Source: Azolla caroliniana (lineage: Eukaryota; Plantae; Polypodiophyta). Taken from it: a stretch of 64,000 nt of DNA. Shown one piece after another: positions 52,938-64,000 of this stretch. The notes under the pieces are model-generated. The model was not told where the DNA came from and did no database searches. It saw only the letters and a list, made by a program, of their open reading frames with translations. The stretch's first letter is position 1. The number at the start of each line of letters is the position of its first letter. The translations under genes and the position numbers were made by a program. The stretch is taken from positions 18,352,001-18,416,000 of the forward strand of contig JBHGNT010000013.1 of NCBI GenBank assembly GCA_043228905.1. Direction: 5' to 3'.

Positions 52938-53726
52938 TGTAGGGTTATTAACTTAAATGCATGTGTAAAAGTGTTTTTAGAAGCTAAGCCATTGAACATT
53001 AGAAGAATATAAAGTATGGATAATTCACATTTGGAGGCTAAGAACACGAACCAAGACCTTAGGAAGAAGTCAAAAGTAAAAGTAAGAGACCAAGAGAAAA
53101 GTAAAAAGAGAAAATTTAAGCGGACCATAAAAAACAATAAAAAAAGGAATGGTCATAACTCCTTCGTTTTTCACCCAAATATTATGTTTAAATATGGATT
53201 AGAAATCTTGTAATGAGAGCTATCTATAGCGTTTTAAATCACTAAATTCGGAGCTCTGAGGAAGGAGATATGACGATTAGAAGGTCGTTGGGTCTTAGCT
53301 TAAAATAGGAGATAAAAAGCTTCTAAAAATAGCGTGAACGAGGAGGAAGAATAAAATTATAAAAGAAGAAGTGGAAGGACAAATAAAAAAAAGAACTAAT
53401 AGGGAGAGGATCCTAATAGAGGAGAGGGAATCTTAGGAAGAGAAGTCTTAGTGAAAGAGGAAGGGTCTTAATTGTGGTTTTTGAGTGATTGGTAATAAGA
53501 AGGTCTTTGGTTTCTTAGTTGAATGTGGAGTTTATCTCCTTTGTATTGTCTTGATGTTGGAATATCATAACAATATTATCTCTTTCTCATCTTCTCTATC
53601 TTTTTTTCTTAATTCCTTGAGCCTCTCTTGATCTATATAATATATTATGAGTCACAACTCCATCTAACCGGTTTGGTCAAGCCCTCATATAGTGTAAGAT
53701 TATCCTTTGTCTTAAACACCTCATCA
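52938..53726. mobile_element. Putative gypsy-type solo LTR
   Basis: TG...CA ends; near-TSD GAATG/GCATG; internal GGTCATAACTCC...GGAGATATGAC motif common in plant gypsy LTRs. Confidence 0.45.
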
Positions 53727-53949
53727 GCATGCAAGGTTGTATGTATGTACGTATTATTATATGCATTTATTTTTATGTGATTATATTTATACACATATAC
53801 ATTTTGATCATTAACTTTAGCTATATACAAACTATCTACCTACATTTGTCTATCTATCTCTCTAATTGACTTTAACTATGTACAAACTATTTGTGCCTAT
53901 CTCTCTCTGTATCGTAATTAGCTTACCTTAGTGGGCTATATACAAGCTA

Positions 53950-54262
53950 GGGAAAAGTACCAGGATACCCCTGGAAGTTCTTCTATTTACCATAATGCCC
54001 TTGGAAGTTCCAAATTTACCAAACTACCCCTATGTCTAAAAAAATACACTATATGAAGTAATTATACACTCAAATCTACAAGCCCTATTTACCAGAATAC
54101 CCTTAAAACACACATTTCTTTACTTAAGAGATTCTTTGGGTCCTTTGTACTTACTTTATAAAGTGTATTTGTTTGGACATAGGGGTAGTTTGGTAAATTT
54201 GGAACTTCCAAGGGCATTTTGGTAAATAGTCAAACTTCCAGGGGTATCTTGGTACTTTTCCC
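53950..54262. mobile_element. Mutator-type MITE with ~90-bp TIRs and 9-bp TSD TACAAGCTA
   Basis: GGGAAAAGTACCAGGATACCCCTGGAAG... versus ...CTTCCAGGGGTATCTTGGTACTTTTCCC; TSD at 53941-53949 and 54263-54271. Confidence 0.93.
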
Positions 54263-56383
54263 TACAAGCTATCTAGGTCTATCTCTCTCTCTCTCTCTCC
54301 ATTGTAATTAGGTTACCCTAGTGGTAAGTTGTTACACTATAAGTATTACGTTTTGGGTTTAAAACCTAATTTCCTTACTTCTCTATTATTTCATACATAT
54401 CTCTTAATTCACTTCTCTATAAGTATTACGTTTTGGGTTTAAAACCTAATGTAGGGGTTGAACCCATGATCTCTTAGTACCTTTCTCACTCTCAATGGTA
54501 CCATTTTCTCTTTATTATTGAAAATAAATAAATGACTTAACTAGATTGAGCCGGTTAAGCAAGGTTCAAGCCGAAGCAAAGCTAAACCATGTATGATATG
54601 TGTTAAGTGATGCACATATCTGAGCGAGTGAATGTGTATGCATGTTGAGCTACCATATTTTACACCGGATTTAGTTCTAGGCAGCAATAACCATGTACAA
54701 TAAACATTCAGTTGAGTAAGCACTTTGATCTTGGGAAAAACGTGTGCATTTAGGGATGACTATGAGGATCATGTTGAATATAAGCACCAAACAACTCTAG
54801 TATCTTCTCTCCCTTCAACTAAAGGGTTAGGAGAATAGCAAACTAATAGAGGGCCTGGACAAAAATGATCCTCCATGTGACATTGGAGATTAGGGGCTCT
54901 GTCCAGCAAACCATGGGCATGTTAGTAGGATATTGGCAGATTGCTCTATAACGAGCACCAATGCTCCCAATGTGTCCATGATCAAATTTGTTCATAGTAG
55001 TAAAACAATAGTAAATGGCACCTTCATCTGGCCATATTGTTTACCACAAAGTTTATGGAGAGTGGTGCCCAATTCCTAGTCGATTGGAACTGGATGAATT
55101 TCTTTATGTTCTAGTAAATCATCAACTTCACCATACCACTTTCACAATTAACAAAGATGCTTATCAAATTTGTCCATAGTAGCAAGATGACAATTAATGG
55201 CGTCTTCATTTGGCCATATTGTTTGCCACAAAGTTTATGGAGAGTGGTGCCAAATTCATAGTCGATTGGAACTCGATGAATTTCTCTATGTTCTAGTAAA
55301 TCATCGACCCCACTATACCACTTTTACAACTAACAAAGATGATTTTCAAATGTCCCTTTCTTTCCATGTTTGAATAGTGATAGAAGTCTCTTCCTTCAGT
55401 AACAAAATCCCCATCTCGATGGATCCCACACTCTACATCACCATTCATACATTGATACTAAATGTCTAGTAGCATTTCTCAACATAATGGACCTTGAATG
55501 GACAAGGATCCTTCATCCTAACAATACCAAAAAGGCTCAAGTTAGGACGACTAGACATATTGGTTTTTTCACTAACTGGATTTATTTATATATATCCATA
55601 AAACACATTATAAAATGCTTACATTCATTTTACAATGGAGGATTCCATGATGGATGATGATGAAATAAAGTAAAATGAAAATAACTCTAGTGTTGCCTTC
55701 AATGACATTCAAGCTTCTATGGACAATTGTTCCCGTGACAAATATGAATGGAAATTACCAACAAGTTCGTTAGAGTACTGTAATTACAATGATGATTACA
55801 ATAAGAGAAATAGTTGTATATTTTCAACTTAACTATGATGCCAAATTATGTTTTAATGATGCATGATTATTTCTTTAATGTAATAATGGTTACAAAAAAT
55901 TATGATCATTGGTTAGTAATCTTATCTTATATCCTTTTTATAACGTCTTATGCATATTGAACTATTTTTCAATCATGCTAGAAATACTACCATTTCTTTC
56001 AAATCTAGTATTTCGCAATATTTCATGCATTACTATACATGACATTAATGTCGTGACTTATACGATTCTAGCATTTCCCATATCATGTTATTTTGGGTAC
56101 TTCAAGTCGTTAATGTAATAAATTCCACCAGTTAAGAACTGGTATAGTGCATGATTGCTGGAGAATGTTACTCCCATTCTTTGGCAATGGTTGATTTTCC
56201 TTATTCTATGAACATAATTCAAAAGTGTTGAAAACATCTCGTTCTATAGTAGTGAGTCATGACATTCTTCAAACTTGAAATAAATGAGGATAGATTAATA
56301 ATGTTATGGGAATAGATATTATATCATCCTTATAGCTTATATGTCCCATCAAACCACATGGATATGATGATTTATACCGAGAG

Positions 56384-57553
56384 TTGTGTACAGAGTTTTG
56401 GGATTTGTCCGAGGACCACATGCCCGAGCCGGGATTGAACCTCATCAGCGACTTCGCGGTCGAGAACTACGAGCTCTACCTTATGGACAGACCCTCTAGT
56501 CTGAAGTCTCTTCTCGGATATGATATATATATATCATGTATACATGGCATGTATTTGGCCATTCCAAATCGTCAGAGCTCATTTGTTCAATGCCGCAAAG
56601 TTTGAGCAACTCTATTTATTAATTCTCAATTAGATGAGCCCCAACCATTTTTGTTAAAAAATAAGCAGCACCTAACCTAGGCAATTGTCAATGGAGTTGT
56701 ATAACCATTGCCTAATTTCCTACCTTAATTTCACCAACCATATTGCTCTATGCATATTGTTTCAATTGTTATTCTATGTTCTAACAAATTTGGTTTGTAA
56801 GGAAATTTGTGTCTCAACATTGATTTCTCTATGTATATATGTAAACATGATAAAAACACATTTATTGGTCGACCCCAATTGTTTCATTTATAGCCAATGC
56901 CGCAAGTTTATTTGACTGCGTGTGTATAGAAACATGATGAAAATAAAAAAGACTCCTAGTTTCAGTCAATTTGTCTAGACCCAATAACAACTTTGTTAAC
57001 CTTCTGCTAAATCTTCCTTCTTGTAAATTAGGGCGTTCTTCACACCAAAGGAAAGAATATACTCATTGAACAAGATATTGAACTGAAGATAGCACTACCA
57101 TTTGATCATTTGTGTAAGTTATTTTGCTTAATATTGGTATTATTTCCATAAAGTGCTTACACACATTTGCCTGTTTGTCTCATTGCTCAACATCCAAAAT
57201 TTATCTAGCCTATAACATATAAATAAATTCCTATTTGGTTATTTGTGGAAATTATAATCTGGTAATCTACATACTAACATAATGTGTGCGACTAGCACCT
57301 TATATAAGCTTCTAAGTAAAATATATAATTCACATGATACTTGTTTTTAATTTATGTTGTAGGGAATAGTAAATGGATTCTACCGAATCAAAAGATGGAT
57401 GACCACAACCAAAAAGCTATTAAAATATCGTCTCAAGCTATTGAAACCTATAAAAGCATTACGTTCACTTATCTTTTTCACAATATTTTGAACCAGTGGA
57501 AAGCATATTCTCCTCGGTTTTCTCAAAGCATAGATTATATATTGCTCCCCTAA
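56384..57553 (+). pseudogene. 3' remnant of GTPase gene 1 (end of exon 1 plus exons 2 and 3)
   Basis: DHMPEPGLNL..ISDFAVENYELYLMDRPSSLKSLLG matches 32340-32495; exon copies at ~57032-57113 and ~57363-57553. Confidence 0.85.
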
Positions 57554-58275
57554 TATTAATTATATTCCTGCCAAAATTGAAGCTTTATATGTTTGAATTG
57601 TTACTTGGCATTGTCGATTTTATGTAATGAAAACCTATATTATAATAAGACTTTAGAATGAAAGCAAAGTGTGGTTAATTCAATTAACAAGATCCTAAGT
57701 GAGCCTTGATACCAATAGAAAGATACCATGCATGGGGATGGTCTCGATGCCCTCAAACCATTCCGCCTCAATGCTAATATTTGGTTAACACATTAGCAAA
57801 CATTGTTAGCCTTGTTCTTATTCTTAGAAACCCGTTCAAAAGTTGTTTCTTGTCTTGTATTGATCGGAACATGTTGGTCTTTCATTTTGATCCTTTACTC
57901 TTTTATCATTATTGATATTATTGTGGATCTTTGGACTCTGTCTCCTTTTGCATCCATCTCAAATTATTCTTCTGAAATCGTGTGTTTCATCCATCTCTTG
58001 ATCCAATACCAGCCAAGAGGTTCAACACCCGAATGCAACTATCTAAGGCACATTCATGCAACACTAGAAAAATATATTTTAGTTGTGTTTTAATTCAACA
58101 AGTTTATATAATATAATGTGCAAATTTGTTCCACATAAAGTGGCAATGGTTTTATAAGGGTTCCATATCATTCAATCTTGGTTAATCATCTAGAAATAGC
58201 GAAAGTTATATCTTTGGAGGTTAAAGTAGACACTCAATTCCACATATGTTACATAAATCTGCGGAAACATAGGAG
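56860..58275. repeat. Segmental duplicate of ~32700-34460
   Basis: Colinear intron/exon/3' flank sequence. Confidence 0.85.
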
Positions 58276-59567
58276 CGAAACTTTGGCAGAATCGTTGCTC
58301 TATAGTTGTAATCTACAATTGTGTCATGTACAGTAAAATTAGTGAACCTCTTTATTTCTTGCTGCCAGCGTGGGATTCTATTTACACTTTGAGAAAAGCC
58401 AACCTCAAAAATTTGCCTTGATGCTCCCTCGCGGGAGCTAAGACCTTAAGTTTGATCTCTAATTAAATTGTTTCTTATTAAAGTTTTCCCATTGTGTATG
58501 AATGCCCCATCCATATGCTACGCAAGCTTTCCAGATGCATTTCTTGGCATTATCACCTCTTAAGTACGAGAATAACTTGAATATAAATTATAAGAACATT
58601 TCAAGGCTCCATTCACAAACCATGTTTCACATACCTAGTTCTCTACATTCACTGAAACATTATTCATCATAGGGTGATCTTCAAACGACATGATTCCTCA
58701 AGTGCCCCTCTTACTTCGCGTACATGTTAAGTACCACTGCGGCAACATAGATATAGTTTCTTATTTGCCCATGCTTCAAGACTATAGCATCCCTTACGTG
58801 TGCATGAAGGGTAATCTTTTTTTCCATACGAATGAATTCAACCAGAATATTCAACAAGTCATGTATGATTGCCTCAAATAGTGGTCTATTTCACACATGA
58901 CATCTAAGTATGATATTGGTGATATATCACAACTATTTCAATAACAATCTCAACATCTAAACAAAGATCCAATCCATGATAGCCAAATATTAACATTATT
59001 AATTGCATGATTACCACTTGAAATACATCACTAATAACATGAAGCCAAAGATCCATGTAATCAGTTTTATTACTGTCGCAGTTAATTTCCAGGGAGGTGT
59101 GTTACCCATTATGAGGGCACACAAAAATTAGCAACAGCATTATTTTAAAGAATCTGAACACTGCATACCAATCACTGTGATTTCCCATGGCAGCCATAAA
59201 TAAGTTCAGCATCAAGGCCCTTCACTCTCACATGTTCCCAACTTATCTGACCACCGTTTACATGAACAAATCAATCCATTCTTTGAAGCTTCAATTTGGC
59301 TTTCAGAGAGCAAGAATGACAATTGTTTTCTTCACTTGAGTTTGATTTCCAGTTGGGGCAATGTGGATTTAGCTTATATGCTCATTCCGCTTCTCTTGAT
59401 ATTCATGCTTCTGTTTATCGATTTTGACCACATTTGGCTAATCAGAAGACAAAATCCAAGTGCATTGATACCTTAATATATTGAGCTAGAACTCAAGAGA
59501 GCTGAATGGGAAAGAATACCAAACTTCAGTAGCACAAAATGTCTGTCTAGAATAACATTCTTTGCAT

Positions 59568-62454
59568 CTATTGTAAATAGTCATTCTCGCAAACACAAAT
59601 TCCATCCTCAAGCACATGTAGAATATTTGAATCTTTAATTAGAATCTTTCGTTTCTCCACCCTTGATGTAAGCGCTGCTGAGAAATGGCAGTCAGCACAA
59701 ATTCGCATGTTCTGTATAACATGTATAGGCATATCAAGAGGTGTATTAATCAATGCACATGCAATTGCCAGCATCACAGCATGACCACATTGGTCATCTT
59801 TTCCATCATCAAGAATAGCTTGTGACTCCCAAGCAGGGAGTAGAGAATACCCTTCCAATGATAGCTTTTCTAAAACATCCTGTAACTTAGCATAGATAGA
59901 TGTTCTTTGGGGATGCCTCTTATCACTCGCAACGAATAAATGCACATTCATTCTTCCATCAATCCACCAACAACTTCCTGTTGTCTTCAATGTCTTGGTT
60001 TTTTCTCTCAAATTGATTATTTCGCCAGCCATTGCTTGCATACTGGCAGCGGCATATATATTTCTCATGCTAACATATGCTGAAGCTGCATACTTTCGAT
60101 CAATCTTTAGTAATTGTGCAAACACCCATCTTGCAAGATCAACATTTACCCATTTGTGACAAGCTCCGAGCAGAGCCATAAATAGTGGAAGGTGATCAGA
60201 AGAGGGCACATTGTCAAGCACATGTTTCGCTTTGTCTAATTGCCCAGATCGACCGAAAAGATCGACCATGCACGTGTAGTGCTCTAGAGATGGAGAGAGA
60301 GAATATGTCAAACACATGTCATAAAAAATAAACTGCCCCTCTTCCACTAAACCTGCATGACTACATGATGTGATAAGAACAAGCAAGGTAACAACATTCG
60401 GCTCGACCTTTTCTACCCTCATCTGTCTGAGCAATTCCAGAACAATTTTAGTTTCACCCATTTGGGCATAACCAGACATCAGTGCATTCCAAGAGACGGC
60501 ATCACGCAATAGTAGAGCTTCGAATGCTTCGCGAGATTTCACAAGAAATCCACATTTACCATACATATCCACCAACCCATTGCTAAGCACAAGGTCCTTT
60601 TCTAATAAACCCCGCTTCTTGAGCTCAATATGTATCTTTTCTCCCATTGTGTGATATCCTATGCTTCCACAAGCTTTCATGATCGAAATAAAGGTTACTG
60701 AATCTGGAGATATGTCCTTGATTTTCATCTGCTCAAAACATCGAATTGCTTCATAGCCGAGGCCATGTTGGGCATATCCAGCTATCAATGCATTCCACGA
60801 CACAACATCCTGAATAATAAGCTCTTCAAATACTTCTTGTGCTTTTTCCAGCTTGCCACATTTTGCATACAAGTCAAGCAATGCAGTGCCAAGCACAATA
60901 TCCTTTTCCAATAATCCTCTCTTCCGAACTTCCAGGTGTATCTCTTTTCCCATCTCAAGGCCTCCCATGCTTCCACAAGCTTTCAAGATGGAAACAAAAG
61001 TTATTGCATTAGGAACTATCCCCTCAGCACACATTTGCTTGAAACATTTCACGCCTTCATCTCCGAAGCCATGCTGGGCATATCCAGCAATCAAGGAAGT
61101 CCAAGCCACAACATTTCGCACTGAAAGCTCTTCAAACACTTCTCGTGCCTTCTCAAGCATTCCGCACTTGCAATACATATCCACCAACGCATTTCCTAGC
61201 ACTATGTCTTTACCCAATAAACCTTGCCTCTTGACCTCATTATGTATCTCTTCTCCAAACTCAAGAGACCCGATGCTGCCACAAGCTTTCAAGACACAAA
61301 CAAAAGTCACCGCATTCGGGTAGACTCCTTCGGTCCTCATTCTTTTGAAGCATTTTAATGCTTCATCACTGAATCCATGTTGGACATATCCATCGATGAG
61401 TGCAGTCCAAGACACAATATTCCGCACTGGAAGCTCTTCAAAAATTTCCCGAGCTTTTTCAAGCCAACCAACCTTAGCATACATATCCACAAACGAAGTG
61501 CCGAGAACAATATCCTTTTCCAAAAATCCACGTCTTTTAGCATCCGCATGGATTTGTTCTCCCAGTTCAATGCTTTCCAAAGTACCACAAGCTTTCAAAA
61601 TGCATACAAAAGTGACCGCATTCGGGGATATACCCTCAGCTTGCATCTCTTGGAAACATTCCATAGCTTGATGAACAAGGCCCTGCCGTGAATAAGAGCC
61701 AATGAGGGAGGTCCAAGATACAACATTTCGTTCGGGTAGCTCTTCAAATGCTTTTTGTGCTTTTCCAGGGGCACCACACTTCCCATACATATCCACCACG
61801 GCTCCACCGAGCACAACATCCTTTTCTACCACCAGCAGTTTCCTTACTTGAGCATGTATCTCTTCCCCTCTCACGATATTGCCTATGCTTCCACAAACTT
61901 TCATCAAACAAAGAAAACTTATTGCATCTGGGGGTACCCCTCCTTCTTGCATCTTTTTGAAGCTTTCTATAGCTTCATGATCGTGGCCATGGTTGGCATA
62001 ACCAGACATAAGTGCATTCCATGAAACAGTGTCTCTAACAAGAAGCTCTTTAAACACATTTTCTGCTTCTTTGATGGATCCACACTTCAGGTATGTACTA
62101 AGCAAAGCAGTCGTGACATATATATCATTAGGAATAAAATTTTTGTGGATAGCTTCACTATGTAACCTTCTTGCTTTAGGCATATCTCTCTCTTTCCCAC
62201 ACGATTTGATGAATTCTAACAGCGTATTTCTGCCTCTGTTTCCCTCCTTCTTCGTCTTCATCTCTTGTTTCTCTAGAAGCCATGGTTGTGGATTGTTTCC
62301 TTCGCCAGAGAAATTTGGATTCTCTGAAAACCAGAAAAAGAGAAAAGAAATCAATAAAATAGAAATAAGTAAGACTTTTCCAAGAGAAAGAAACAAAACC
62401 TTTTTTTCTGTGTTCTGTTAGAATTGGGAGGGATCCACGACAGAGTGTTTCCAT
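59568..62454 (-). CDS. PLS-class pentatricopeptide repeat protein with E/E+ and atypical DYW (WW-type) domain; predicted exons 62454-62400 and 62323-59568
   Basis: About 6 P-L-S triplets; EHYTCMVDLFGRSG; PG box GSCWWID; HAVMLA; RICADCH; ends GICVCENDYLQ. A 76-bp GT-AG intron joins the ATG at 62454 in frame. Confidence 0.92.
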
Positions 62455-64000
62455 GGAGATTTTGCATATTTGAGAACAGAGAAGAAGAAGAAGGGATTAG
62501 AGGGGAGGGTTTTTCAAAATTCCCAAAAAATGCCCCTCTAATTTACCTTAACCCCCAAAATGCCATTCACTCTAAAATAGTTTAGGTCACAGCCTTACCT
62601 TCTCTCAAAGCCTCACCTTCTCTACTTTGCTTGATCACTCTTCTATCCGACATGTTCGTAAGCCGGGTTTCCATCCAAGAACCGTTTCATCTATTTCCTG
62701 TGGGCAACTGTAGAAAAGGGCTCTTATTGAATCAGAAATGGTCATGATAGTTCCAACATCAAGACTACGGGTAAAGTCACATCAAGAGAATGTGCATTGC
62801 CTTTCGACCACTTCCTGCATAGAACCATCGAACGACATTGCAGAAACGTTCGTAGAAAATATGTAAATTTGTGCTCATAGCTCTTTGCTTGTTTACCCTT
62901 TTGCTCTCCCTTCTTCACAAAGAATCAATAAAAAGAAACGTGTTAAATCTTCCATTCATATGTTTTTTGTGCCAAGGGTACTGCCCCATGGCACCAAATG
63001 TGTTTGTAGGCAACCATAAGATTAAAATGTTGTGAATGGATCCTTTGGAGTGTGACTTGTTTATTTAATCAGCACAATTTGTGCTATGGTGAGGTGAATG
63101 ATACCTAGCTAGATGTGGTAACCTGTGTGCATTGTTCGGCATAACAAATCTAACACGTTGTTGATGAATAATATATAGCACTTAGATGCGTTTGGCTCGT
63201 TTGCATAAGCATCGTTGGTGGTTTAAATAGGATTCTAGTAAGGTTCTTGTTTGTTATTTATTTCTCGTGTCATTGTAACCTCACTTGCCACCACTCATAT
63301 GGCTGATTGTATTCAAGCAAATGTTGCAATGCATGTAACCCATAAAATTTGAAATTTGGTTACCTAAACCCTTTAATTATTGGTCGTAGATTTTTCATTA
63401 TGGAAGACGTCATTTCTTTTTACTTTAATGAGATCAAACAAATTCATGGATAAATTTGTGTGCCTTGGTTTCTTTGTTATGCAATAGTAGGGAATGATCC
63501 TTATACAAGTACTTACTTACCCACCTATTCTTCATTCTTGGTGAAATTTGAATCCTAAATGAATGAACATAAAAAGTAAGCAAAATTTCATGAGAATTTC
63601 ATATGAAAATTTTCCCTTGTCAATGTTATCGATTCATGTCAGTGGCAAGTCCTTGACTATCGTTATGAAGATCCAAATCCTCCTCTTGTTTAAACAAAAA
63701 GTTGTCCCATCTCTCGAGACGAGTTCTTCATAGTTGGAGTACAGAGTGAACAAACTGAACAGTAGATGGAGAAGTAGAAAGAAGACGTTTTACAAGATGG
63801 TCGTCATGACACGCCAAGAGTACTCTAATGGTTACAACTCCTCAACAGTCTGTTATCACCATCATCTACACACCTACTAAATTCTGTGTGGGGTAATAGG
63901 GTTATCGCCGAACAGAGGAGAATCTGTTTTACATAACCTCCTTCATGTGGTTTTTCAACATCAGATAGGTAAAATAATTGATGTCCAAATTATGGGACAT

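Noticed and set aside
59568-59990. DYW:KP-type U-to-C editing factor
   Set aside because: The PG box reads GSCWW rather than KP, and the catalytic Glu is absent

Overview
Eukaryotic land-plant nuclear DNA, most likely a fern; this is inferred from the PLS-class PPR style and a DYW domain with a WW-type PG box. Positions 1-24.6 kb are a nest of degenerate Ty1/copia LTR retrotransposons. It includes a ~4.2-kb inversion (about 8250-12470) that can be reconstructed from a split AGAAC target-site duplication. Positions 20.4-38 kb hold a tandemly amplified cluster of an unusual P-loop GTPase family with Cys-rich N-termini and a G4 motif reading TYND, resembling fungal/bacterial MMR_HSR1/YcjF-like GTPases. 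The cluster has two apparently intact spliced genes and at least four truncated copies, one of them at ~56.4 kb. Positions 38-58 kb contain a second copy of the first copia insertion, a LINE, a PPR pseudogene, a Mutator-type MITE and segmental duplications. An intact PLS-E-DYW PPR gene whose deaminase site reads HAV instead of HxE lies at 59.6-62.5 kb on the minus strand.
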